A DNA stretch of 64,000 nucleotides. Source: Candidatus Aldehydirespiratoraceae bacterium. Lineage in GTDB: Bacteria; Actinomycetota; Acidimicrobiia; Acidimicrobiales; Aldehydirespiratoraceae. Under the pieces are notes generated by a model that saw only the letters and a list, made by a program, of their open reading frames with translations, did no database searches and had not been told where the DNA came from. The stretch spans positions 498,872 to 562,871 of the forward strand of contig CBDBEW010000014.1 in assembly GCA_965204595.1 (NCBI GenBank), read 5' to 3'. Both the position numbers and the translations under genes were made by a program. Below are positions 30,344-39,103 of this stretch, piece after piece (positions within the stretch are counted from its first letter, which is position 1; each line of letters begins with the position of its first letter).

Positions 30344-31105
30344 ATGGACTTGGTAAAAACCCGAAAGCAAAATCAAGTCATGACTATCTGCTTAGCTGAC
30401 CGAGAGAACCGCAATGCACTAAGCCAAAAACTAGTCGAGCAACTTCTTTGTGCGATTAATGATGCCCAAACAGATGGTGAGATTCGAGTTGTTGTGCTCA
30501 CCAATAGCGGCCCTGTGTTTTGTGCAGGTGCTGATCTAAAGTCAAATCCCAGCAACGAAGATTACGGCACCAAGGTGGTTAAGTTGTTTAAGTGTTTGGC
30601 CGACTCTCCCAAACCAATAGTGGGGAGGATTAATGGTCATTGCCTAGGGGGTGGTTTAGGTCTTCTAGCTGCAACCGATATTGCGATTGGCCTTGAAACT
30701 GCCAAGCTGGGCTTCACTGAAGTGCGTGTTGGCGTTGCGCCAGCAATTATTTCCGTTTTGTGTTTGCCGAAAATGGCTTTAACTCAAGCAAGCGATGCGT
30801 TTTTGCGGGGCAAACTTTTCCTAGCTCCTGAAGCTGTGAAACTTGGTCTACTCAACGCTGCGGTACCCACTAGCTCCCTTGACGAAGCTGTTAAACAAGT
30901 AGTTGATGACCTGTTACTTGGAGAACCCAACGCCTTGGCGGCTTGCAAATCTCTCCTGCGCCAAGTCCCGAACATGTCGCGAGACGATGCCTTCGCGTGG
31001 GCGGCACAGCTTTCGGCAAAGCTATTTGCTAGCGACGAAGCTCAAGAAGGCATGCGTGCTTTCCTTGAAAAACGCAAGCCTTACTGGGTAACCGAGCCAT
31101 CCTAG
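30344..31105 (+). CDS. Enoyl-CoA hydratase/isomerase family (AtuE/EchA7-like)
   Basis: RNALS, FCAGADL, GGG.GL.AA.D, FTEVRVG and EA.EGM.AFLEKR.P.W; ATG at 30344 after AAGGA. Confidence 0.9.
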   Translation: MDLVKTRKQNQVMTICLADRENRNALSQKLVEQLLCAINDAQTDGEIRVVVLTNSGPVFCAGADLKSNPSNEDYGTKVVKLFKCLADSPKPIVGRINGHCLGGGLGLLAATDIAIGLETAKLGFTEVRVGVAPAIISVLCLPKMALTQASDAFLRGKLFLAPEAVKLGLLNAAVPTSSLDEAVKQVVDDLLLGEPNALAACKSLLRQVPNMSRDDAFAWAAQLSAKLFASDEAQEGMRAFLEKRKPYWVTEPS

Positions 31106-31124
31106 AAGCCATTTGCCATCACTT

Positions 31125-31382
31125 TCATGTTTGCTGCGCTTTACACCAACGAAGCCACATCAAAGTGTCATCCACAGACACAGATGCGCTGGGGTCACCA
31201 TATTGAGTGAGGATACGAAAACGCAACAACTTCATATCGGGCAGAGGGAGATAGGGTTTTTTGGTCCACCAAAAGTTGGGCGTGAACCGCCTAATGGCAC
31301 GCAGAGCCGTGAGCCACAGATTTGGTCGAACCATGACCGCTGCAAAAACAAGCATTGCGGTGCGAAACAGTTTCAATCTCAC
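31125..31382 (-). CDS. Small hypothetical Trp/Arg-rich protein (85 aa)
   Basis: 4-nt overlap with the ROK stop (translational coupling); protein-like motifs RP.LW, WW...P.LPLP, RFR..TQYG and WL.WC. Confidence 0.6.
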   Translation of the reverse strand: MRLKLFRTAMLVFAAVMVRPNLWLTALRAIRRFTPNFWWTKKPYLPLPDMKLLRFRILTQYGDPSASVSVDDTLMWLRWCKAQQT

Positions 31383-32263
31383 TTTGCGCTCTTTTTATTA
31401 GTGTTGAACCTAAAGCCAATTCCTTTAAAGCCAACCGCGGCTGCACCAATCAAGGGGCCATCTGCGCCCAAACCAGCTGGCACAATTTGTGTGCCGAGTG
31501 AATACTGTAGTTGAGCAATTCGGTTGCATTCTTTTTGCGCGGCAGCAAAAAACACCTCACCAAACCCCAGTGCCACCGAGCCAGCAATAACCGCGAGCTG
31601 TAAGTCCAACAGATTAGCCACAGAACCCACAGCTCTACCTACCATCGTTCCCGCCCGCTGCTGTTCGTGTTTATCCGCATTTTCGGGTGCGTCGCCTATA
31701 CGAAAGGCAATCGCGGTGCCACTAGCTTCGGATTCAAGCACACCCTTCACATGGCCGGGCAATGCAGTGCCGTCTGGCTCCACAACTATGTGGCCAATAT
31801 GTCCAGCATTGCCTGCCGCGCCGTCTAGCAATCGACCATCTAAAACGATGCCCCCACCAACACCAGTGGACACTACCATGGCGATATAGTTGTCCAAGCC
31901 GACAGCTGCGCCAAGCCACCCCTCGGCTACCGCTAGGGCTTTAGCATCATTGTCTATGTAAGTTTTTAGACCGCAAAAGCTTGCTAATCTCGGGCGCAGA
32001 GGAAAATCCCGCCACACCTCAATATTGGTAGGTGATATCTGCTCACCGTTAGGAAGCATCGGGCCGCCTGAACCCACACCACAAACATCGGCACTTTGAA
32101 CATCAACCGATGCGATCAATGTTGTTAGGCGTGAAAATAATTGCTCCCCATCGACAGCACCTGTAGCGGGCGCACGTGCGCGGCTCTTTATCTCACCAAA
32201 CTCATTAACTAACGCAACTTCAAATTTTGTGCCACCAATATCTACAGCAAGTGCAACAGGCAT
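31379..32263 (-). CDS. ROK family sugar kinase
   Basis: AVDIGGTK, IDNDAKA.A.AE.W.GA, STGVGGG and GNAGHIGH; ATG at 32263 lies 7 nt after TAGCTT. Confidence 0.92.
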   Translation of the reverse strand: MPVALAVDIGGTKFEVALVNEFGEIKSRARAPATGAVDGEQLFSRLTTLIASVDVQSADVCGVGSGGPMLPNGEQISPTNIEVWRDFPLRPRLASFCGLKTYIDNDAKALAVAEGWLGAAVGLDNYIAMVVSTGVGGGIVLDGRLLDGAAGNAGHIGHIVVEPDGTALPGHVKGVLESEASGTAIAFRIGDAPENADKHEQQRAGTMVGRAVGSVANLLDLQLAVIAGSVALGFGEVFFAAAQKECNRIAQLQYSLGTQIVPAGLGADGPLIGAAAVGFKGIGFRFNTNKKSAK

Positions 32264-32329
32264 AAACAATAAGCTAGTTGACATTCACTGTCGTTACAAT
32301 TAAGCAATCCTAAAGCACATGGAGAACCT

Positions 32330-33307
32330 GTGAAAAATTTTGACAACGCCCAACCTGCCAGCGAATTTCAACAAGTTATCGAAAGCATCGTATCCAACAT
32401 TGCAAAGGTCATAAAAGGCAAAAGAGAGGTCATTCATTTGCTGGTGATATCGCTCATTTGCGATGGTCATGTGCTCATTGAAGACGTACCCGGCATTGGT
32501 AAAACCAGCCTCGGTAAGGCACTAGCGCGCAGTGTGTATGGCAAGTTTGGTAGGGTGCAGTTCACCCCCGATCTTTTACCAACAGACGTGACTGGCGTGT
32601 CAATTTGGAATCGTGGTAAGGAAACTTTTGAGTTCCGGCCAGGGCCAGTTTTTTCAAATATTTTGTTAGCTGACGAAATTAATCGAGCATCACCTAAAAC
32701 CCAATCTGCCTTGCTTGAAGCAATGGCAGAACGGCAAGTCACCTCAGACGGCACAACACACGCTCTAGATTCGCCGTTTATGGTAATCGCTACGCAAAAT
32801 CCAATTGAACATGAAGGTACTTACGCGCTTCCCGAAGCCCAACTCGACAGGTTCTTGATGCAAGTCGAGATCGGTTATCCAAATCGCGAAGCCGAAAACC
32901 AGATACTAGAGTCGGCCACTACTAGTACCAATGCAGTAGAACAATTACCGGCCGTTGTGTCGACTGAAACTTTAGCTGTCATGTCAAAATCGTTAAACAA
33001 CATTTACGTGGCTGCGCCATTGCGCCAATATCTGCTTGACTTGGCTAATGCAACTCGCTCCCACAGCGCATTAGCCCTTGGCTTATCACCTCGGGGTGTG
33101 CTCGCTTTGCAGACCGTGGCACGGGCGCGAGCAGCTTCATTGGGCCGTGAGTATGCGACTCCAGACGACGTGAAACAACTCGCTTCGGTGGTTATTGCTC
33201 ATCGATTGCTATTGTCACCTGAGGTACGTATGAATGGAATTACCACTAAGGATGTTGTAGAGGAAATAGTAAATAGTGTGGCCATCCCCCGACCACCAAT
33301 TAGGTAA
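32330..33307 (+). CDS. MoxR family AAA+ ATPase
   Basis: EDVPGIGKT, RVQFTPDLLP.D, DEINRA.PKTQSALLEAM and ATQNPIE.EGTY.LPEAQLDRF. Confidence 0.96.
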   Translation: MKNFDNAQPASEFQQVIESIVSNIAKVIKGKREVIHLLVISLICDGHVLIEDVPGIGKTSLGKALARSVYGKFGRVQFTPDLLPTDVTGVSIWNRGKETFEFRPGPVFSNILLADEINRASPKTQSALLEAMAERQVTSDGTTHALDSPFMVIATQNPIEHEGTYALPEAQLDRFLMQVEIGYPNREAENQILESATTSTNAVEQLPAVVSTETLAVMSKSLNNIYVAAPLRQYLLDLANATRSHSALALGLSPRGVLALQTVARARAASLGREYATPDDVKQLASVVIAHRLLLSPEVRMNGITTKDVVEEIVNSVAIPRPPIR

Positions 33308-33321
33308 CGAAGGATTCACTT

Positions 33322-34491
33322 ATGCCAACCCGTAATGGTTACTTGGTGCTCTTAGCAGGATTGTTGCTAGGAGGCTTTGCGTGGCTAATCGGTGGAATTG
33401 AATTTTATGCTCCCGCTATAGCCGCAGGCATTTCGGTAACCGTTGCTCTACTCATGCGCTACATGTTCCCTTCAAGGTTACAGATAACAAAATTAGTTAG
33501 CCCCAAATATGTTCCTGTGGGTGGAACAGTTTTAGTTGAGATTGATGTCTACAACGATAAACCACGCCGTACTCCACTCTTGCGGTTGCACGATGCTGTT
33601 GAAGGAACAACTGGATTTACAGTTAATATTGCTCCGCTAGCAGCCAAGACTGGCTTCGCTAGCACTTCATATCAACTTAGTATCGAAAGTCGCGGGGTGT
33701 ATGAACTGGGTCCTATGAATATCTTTGATGTGGACCCTCTTGGCCTCACGCAACGTAAGCACAAAGTTGTTGGAACTATACCGCTCGTGGTTCACCCCCA
33801 CATTGAGCCTGTGCCTCCACTGACAGTTAGATCAATTAGTGAACCAACTCTTGGGCAACCTGACAGAGAATCACTTGGCCTCCAAGATGAAGAGTTTAAC
33901 GGCTTGCGCCTCTATACAACTGGCGACGATTTGAGACGCATCCATTGGCTGTCTTCAGCCCGTCAAGACGAATTGCAAGTCCGCCAAGTGGTTCCTCCCC
34001 AGCACGCGCTGCTAAACCTGATCATTGATACCAGACCCCCATGTCATTTAGTCAAATCCCTTGATGTCACCACATCAATCGCAGCCTCAATAGCGACTGC
34101 GGTGCTTAGCACCCATGATGGCGTGATAATTCAAACAACTGATGGACGATCCTCCGCACAAATGTATGGCACCGCCCAGTTATTTTCTGCATATCACTTT
34201 TTGGCTTGTCTCGCTAACGGTGCCAGCGAAATTCACCCTACGATCTCAAGTGGTATCACAATTGCCATTTCAGCTAACCCCGAACTCACAACAGATGCTG
34301 CTAGTCGCGGTGCTCTCACTCAACGTCTCAACTCACAGTTACTAATCACTGTGGATGCAAAAAATTGGGGAAGCAGCAGTGGCTATCAGCTAAGCCCGAA
34401 CTGGATTCACTTGAATGGGGCAAACCAATTAGCCAAAGTGCTAGCGGCTAGGTCTCAGCAAAGTGACTACAGGGTGCAACAGCGAGCATAG
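33322..34491 (+). CDS. DUF58 domain membrane protein
   Basis: RG.Y.LGP...DPLGL and LR.Y..GDDLRRIHW.SSAR; follows MoxR. Confidence 0.9.
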   Translation: MPTRNGYLVLLAGLLLGGFAWLIGGIEFYAPAIAAGISVTVALLMRYMFPSRLQITKLVSPKYVPVGGTVLVEIDVYNDKPRRTPLLRLHDAVEGTTGFTVNIAPLAAKTGFASTSYQLSIESRGVYELGPMNIFDVDPLGLTQRKHKVVGTIPLVVHPHIEPVPPLTVRSISEPTLGQPDRESLGLQDEEFNGLRLYTTGDDLRRIHWLSSARQDELQVRQVVPPQHALLNLIIDTRPPCHLVKSLDVTTSIAASIATAVLSTHDGVIIQTTDGRSSAQMYGTAQLFSAYHFLACLANGASEIHPTISSGITIAISANPELTTDAASRGALTQRLNSQLLITVDAKNWGSSSGYQLSPNWIHLNGANQLAKVLAARSQQSDYRVQQRA

Positions 34492-36866
34492 TGATGCGCC
34501 AACTTTCTCGAATTACTGCTGAAATCACACTGTTAGGACTATCACTTGTTGCCACTGTCAGCCTTACGCGACTCTTCACAAACGTGGATTTTTTGCCCGA
34601 CCTATTATGGATTGTGTTGATCGCGCACTTAGTCGCGCTCATTACCCGCCGCCTAAGGTTGGGTTTTCTTTTGTCGGCGGCTATCAGTATCACTTCTTTA
34701 GTGTTGTTGGGCAGTGCTTTTTTTTACAACGATCAAAGCTCTTACCAGCTACCAACAGAGGCATCGCTAGATGTTTTGCGAGAAGACCTGCAAGCCGCCT
34801 CGATAGTCTTTACCGAAGAAGTGGTGCCGGTTGAGCCTGTGACAGGCTTCATATTGGTTGCGGCTGCTTTTTTGTGGTTGGGTGCATTCCTGTCCGACAC
34901 TTCAGCGTTTCGCAGGAAATTGCCAGTTGAAGCATTGGTGCCAGCGACAACGGTGTTTGTGTTCAGCGCATTGATGGGCACGACAGAACAACAGATAATG
35001 TACGGCGTTATTTTCACAGCCGCAATCACTGCTGTGCTCATCTCGTTGCGAGGGTTAAACATTGCCTACGCTGAACAATGGAGTACTCCCAACTCCACTA
35101 GAGACGTGGCTGTGCTCTTGCGAAATGGCATAATTTTCGGTTTGCTAATTGTAGCTGTGTCTGGGGTGGCAGTAACTCAAATTCCAACTGCGGTTTCGCA
35201 ACCTTTGTATGACATTGACGACCTCAACAACGCACGACCAACACGCAACGTGATTAGCCCGCTTGTGAGTATTTCTGCGTCGCTTGTTAACCAAAGCGAT
35301 GACGAAATATTTTCAGTAAGAGTAGCTGAAAGCGAATCCGATTATTGGCGTTTGATGGCATTGACGCACTTTGATGGAAACCAATGGCAAAGAACCTCTA
35401 CTTTTAAAGACCTCGGCAACTCTTCAGTAGACCCTAGCACTCGCAATGTTTCTAATAGACGCCTTCTGACCCAAACAATAACCAAACGAGCAAGGAGTGC
35501 AAATGATATTTACTTGCCCGTAGCCAACGAATTGCACCGCGTGGTCGATGCCGGTGGATTAACACTGGAATACGAAGAAGATACTGGAGCACTAGTGTAT
35601 AGTGCCGTTGCTCAAGTGAAAGCCGAGCAGGGATTTACCTACACGGTTGAAAGTTTAGTGCCAGAGTTTGACCCAACGCAGCTAGCTGTTCGTAGCAGCG
35701 ATACCCTAGACAGCGATTTCTTAGACGAATATACGCAACTTCCCGGCGTGTGCATAGATTCTGAGGATAGCAGCTCTAATGATTGCTGGCCGCAGCGAAT
35801 CACCACACTAGCGCAACAAGTAACCGCGAGTGCTAGCAATGACTACCAAAGGGTTCGGATGCTCCAAGACTTTTTTCGTAATCCTCAGAACTTTCGCTAC
35901 GACCTTAATGTCGCAAATACTCATAACATAGCCACCGCTGAACAATTCTTGTTTGTGGTAAGACGTGGCTACTGTGAGCAGTTTGCTTCAGTGTTTGCAG
36001 CAATGGCTCGATCGCTTGGTATACCAGCAAGAGTTGCAGTGGGTTACACTTGGGGCACCTGGGATGCACAGCGGCAGGAATACGTGGTAAGAGGCCACCA
36101 CGCCCACGCTTGGCCAGAAGTGTACTTTGCAGATGTGGGTTGGGTAGTTTTTGAACCCACGCCAGGGCGTAACAGAGGCCACGATAGCTCTATTACTGGT
36201 TTAACCGAGCCTGCTCAATATCCAAGCAACGCAAGCAGTAACAGTCTTCTTGACGAAATCGCACCTTTGCCAGTGTTGCCAACCAACACAGTAATTCCAG
36301 ACGCTATTTCACCTATCTCACCAAACAATACGCCAAACTCCAGTCCTGCCAATACCGCCATAGATCAACCAACGAGGCCTCGAGAGCTTCCTCGCCTCGT
36401 TCTCATTACGTTAATCGTCATACTTGCTGTCACGGTATTACTTGGTTTGCTTGCCGCTGGCAGAGCCTTACTGATGCGTAGATGGTTGAGATTGGCTATT
36501 GACAAACCACTGTTGCGTGCTGAATTGGCATGGGATGCTGCCAACAACGCGCTTGAATTGCTCGGCATTTCAGCCAGTCCGCAGCAAACCCCACTGGAGT
36601 TTGCAACCCAAGTTAACCACACGAGATCTGATATGGGCGCGTTAAGCGACCTCGCAGGTTACCTAACAACTTTGCGCTACTCCAACCTTGCCAATCCTGC
36701 CGACAACTCAACGTCTGCAAATATGAACATACTTTCTAAGCAAGCTGTTGCAAGTTCACATGAACTAGTTAAATGTTGCCGCAAACTTGGTGGCGTTCGT
36801 AAAGTAATTTTCGCTGCTTTAGATCCACGAATTCAATTGCGATTATCGGGACGGCGGAATCGTTGA
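34491..36866 (+). CDS. Transglutaminase-like (TgpA/DUF3488) membrane protein
   Basis: N-terminal TMs, YWR...L..FDG..W, and the GYCEQFAS...MARSLGIPARVAVGY / HAW.EVYF...GWV.FEPTP catalytic region. Confidence 0.92.
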   Translation: MMRQLSRITAEITLLGLSLVATVSLTRLFTNVDFLPDLLWIVLIAHLVALITRRLRLGFLLSAAISITSLVLLGSAFFYNDQSSYQLPTEASLDVLREDLQAASIVFTEEVVPVEPVTGFILVAAAFLWLGAFLSDTSAFRRKLPVEALVPATTVFVFSALMGTTEQQIMYGVIFTAAITAVLISLRGLNIAYAEQWSTPNSTRDVAVLLRNGIIFGLLIVAVSGVAVTQIPTAVSQPLYDIDDLNNARPTRNVISPLVSISASLVNQSDDEIFSVRVAESESDYWRLMALTHFDGNQWQRTSTFKDLGNSSVDPSTRNVSNRRLLTQTITKRARSANDIYLPVANELHRVVDAGGLTLEYEEDTGALVYSAVAQVKAEQGFTYTVESLVPEFDPTQLAVRSSDTLDSDFLDEYTQLPGVCIDSEDSSSNDCWPQRITTLAQQVTASASNDYQRVRMLQDFFRNPQNFRYDLNVANTHNIATAEQFLFVVRRGYCEQFASVFAAMARSLGIPARVAVGYTWGTWDAQRQEYVVRGHHAHAWPEVYFADVGWVVFEPTPGRNRGHDSSITGLTEPAQYPSNASSNSLLDEIAPLPVLPTNTVIPDAISPISPNNTPNSSPANTAIDQPTRPRELPRLVLITLIVILAVTVLLGLLAAGRALLMRRWLRLAIDKPLLRAELAWDAANNALELLGISASPQQTPLEFATQVNHTRSDMGALSDLAGYLTTLRYSNLANPADNSTSANMNILSKQAVASSHELVKCCRKLGGVRKVIFAALDPRIQLRLSGRRNR

Positions 36867-37216
36867 CGAAAGCGCATTCCTGCACCTCCAACTGCTTCAC
36901 CTAAAGTACCGCCTCGATAGTGATCAGTCATTTCTTGTAGACCAGCGCGGCCTAGTTTGCGAGCGTTATTTTCAAACCACAACACACTTGCCAACATCAC
37001 CGCGAAACCGATGAATGCAAGCGCGAAATGTACCGATAGTAACACAATCATTAAGGTAACTCCGATTAAGAAAGCTAAGGTAGCCCACTTGAGGTTTCGA
37101 AAAGCGTGAGTGTAGATAGTGGTTTGTGAGACTTCACGCGCTAAATCAGGGTCGCTTTCGTAAAAATGATCCTCAATTTCGCTGAGAATACGTTTTTCGT
37201 CTTCTGATAACGGCAC
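36833..37216 (-). CDS. DUF3040 family membrane protein
   Basis: PLSEDEKRILSEIE...Y.SDP.LA followed by two TMs; GTG at 37216 after GGAGG. Confidence 0.88.
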   Translation of the reverse strand: MPLSEDEKRILSEIEDHFYESDPDLAREVSQTTIYTHAFRNLKWATLAFLIGVTLMIVLLSVHFALAFIGFAVMLASVLWFENNARKLGRAGLQEMTDHYRGGTLGEAVGGAGMRFRQRFRRPDNRN

Positions 37217-37294
37217 CGACCATTCCTCCCGGTTCAATCACCGATAAAACTATTGTTGCACGACTTCACCAACAATCCAACATTAACATTTAGA

Positions 37295-38047
37295 TTAGTT
37301 CCTGTTTTTTACCATCTGCGCTAATCTCTGTTTTATTGTTTGCCACCGTTCTCTAACTCCCCAGAATGTCACCCACAAGAAAGCTTCCAAGGCACCCTTC
37401 GAATTCATCTTTGATTTTCCTGAACTGCGATTTGAAAATATAATCGGTACTTCGGTTATCTTGGCAGTGATTTTGCTTATCTTGAAAACCGTCTCTATTT
37501 GAAACCCATAACCATTAGATTTTATTTCGCTAGGTTCAAGATGGCGCAACGTATCAGCTCTCCAAGCGCGAAAACCACTCGTTGCGTCGTTTACGGTGAG
37601 GCGTAGCATTGCGCGTGAATATAGGTTGCCCCACTTTGAAAGGAAGCGGCGAAACCAAATCCAATCTGGAATCTGACCACCTTTTACGTAACGGCTACCA
37701 AGCACTAGGCCATAACCTTCTTGGATTTTTGCAAGCATCTGTGGAATGTCATTGGGATCGTGCTGGAAGTCGCTATCTATCTGCACTAAAACATCAAATC
37801 CTTGTTCAAGTCCCCACTTGAAACCGTCAAGATACGCCGAACCCAAACCCATCTTTGCGGGTCTTTGTATGAGACTTAGCTTTGACTTCTTTGCGATCAG
37901 TTGTTGCACAACCTGTGCGGTGCCATCGGGTGATGAATCATCGACCACCAGCGTGTTCGCGTCAGGGCAAATGTGACTTAGGGAGGTTAGAAGCTTCTCA
38001 ATGTTTGCTGCTTCGTTATATGTTGGCAAAACTACAAGCACTCGCAC
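37295..38047 (-). CDS. Polyprenol-monophosphomannose synthase (GT2, Ppm1-like)
   Basis: PTYNEA.N, VVDD.SPDGT, K.GLG.AY..GF, D.D.QH.P, GSRYV.GG, DATSGFR and SNGYGFQIE; GTG at 38047 lies 7 nt after TAAAGT. Confidence 0.92.
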   Translation of the reverse strand: MRVLVVLPTYNEAANIEKLLTSLSHICPDANTLVVDDSSPDGTAQVVQQLIAKKSKLSLIQRPAKMGLGSAYLDGFKWGLEQGFDVLVQIDSDFQHDPNDIPQMLAKIQEGYGLVLGSRYVKGGQIPDWIWFRRFLSKWGNLYSRAMLRLTVNDATSGFRAWRADTLRHLEPSEIKSNGYGFQIETVFKISKITAKITEVPIIFSNRSSGKSKMNSKGALEAFLWVTFWGVRERWQTIKQRLAQMVKNRN

Positions 38048-38108
38048 CAAAAAGACTTTAGAAGAATAATGCCTCAGTGCGTCGCTGATAAAGGGTAGAA
38101 TCAACGGT

Positions 38109-38393
38109 ATGTCCAAGAACCCGTCACCTTCGTGGCTAGCACGACTATTGGCAATGTCAGCCATTTTGTTGAGTGGTTTGTGTGGTGGATTGATTGGCTA
38201 TCGTGTAACGGTTTTGCAATGCAATGGCGATTGTGCCAACCTTGCTGGTGTGGTTGGTGTGGTGAGCGCAATCGCGTGCGCCATGGGCGTTGGCGTTGTG
38301 GTGGTGTTGGTATTGCGGGCTTCACTTGAATGGAACGCCCAACAAAAACTCCATAGAGTACACGCACAGCCACAAACCAAAGAGACAAGTTAG
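38109..38393 (+). CDS. Small two-TM hypothetical protein upstream of the two-component system
   Basis: Two hydrophobic helices with a C-x3-C loop; TAGAAT-N7-ATG; ends 15 nt before the response regulator. Confidence 0.7.
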   Translation: MSKNPSPSWLARLLAMSAILLSGLCGGLIGYRVTVLQCNGDCANLAGVVGVVSAIACAMGVGVVVVLVLRASLEWNAQQKLHRVHAQPQTKETS

Positions 38394-38408
38394 CACCGTA
38401 GGAGCATT

Positions 38409-39089
38409 GTGAGCACAAAAATACTAACCGTTGAAGATGACGAACGAATTCGTATGTCTGTGCGCTTGGCACTAGAAGACGAGGGGTACGAAGTCGCTGA
38501 AGCTGAATCTGGTGAGGACGCATTACTTGCCTTTGGCCACAATCCCGCTGATGTCGTTTTGATAGACATAATGTTGCCCGGCATGGATGGATTTGAGGTC
38601 TGCCGCTCAATACGTAAGGTTTCTGATGTGCCCATTGTTATGGTGACGGCACGAGCCGATACCCATGATGTGGTTGCGGGCTTAGAAGCAGGTGCCGATG
38701 ATTACCTCACCAAACCACACGCGCCTAAAGAACTCTCGGCACGGATACGTGCCTTGTTGCGGCGGGCACGTTCATCTGAGCCAGGCGTTGCGCAACTAGT
38801 TTTTGCTGAACTTGAAATCATTCCTGCTGAAGGTGTGGTGCGTGTCAGAGGTGCAGAAGTAAGGCTAACTAAAACAGAGTTTCGCCTGCTTGTTGAATTG
38901 GCTTCAGCGGCAGGTAAGGTGTTTAGCCGTGAGTCGTTGCTAGAACGAGTTTGGGCCAGGGACTATTTCGCTGATGGCCGTTTGGTGGACGTGCATATTA
39001 GGCGCCTCAGAACAAAAATTGAAGTTGATCCAGCAAATCCACGCCACGTGGTTACCGTACGCGGTTTAGGTTACAAACTCTCTGCATAG
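38409..39089 (+). CDS. OmpR family response regulator (MtrA-like)
   Basis: EDD, DIMLPGMDG, GADDY..KP and winged-helix R.VDVHIRRLR.KIE.DP..P....TVRG.GYK. Confidence 0.95.
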   Translation: MSTKILTVEDDERIRMSVRLALEDEGYEVAEAESGEDALLAFGHNPADVVLIDIMLPGMDGFEVCRSIRKVSDVPIVMVTARADTHDVVAGLEAGADDYLTKPHAPKELSARIRALLRRARSSEPGVAQLVFAELEIIPAEGVVRVRGAEVRLTKTEFRLLVELASAAGKVFSRESLLERVWARDYFADGRLVDVHIRRLRTKIEVDPANPRHVVTVRGLGYKLSA

Positions 39090-39103
39090 GTAATCAATAC
39101 GCT

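Noticed and set aside
32330-37216. MoxR-DUF58-transglutaminase plus DUF3040 as a novel system
   Set aside because: This is a widespread, already described actinobacterial gene arrangement, and nothing atypical was seen.
37295-38164. ORF-track N-terminal extension of the ppm1-like gene overlapping the divergent small ORF
   Set aside because: Homology starts at VRVLVVLPTYNE, and GTG 38047 has a -10 hexamer 7 nt upstream. The extension is a longest-ORF artefact.
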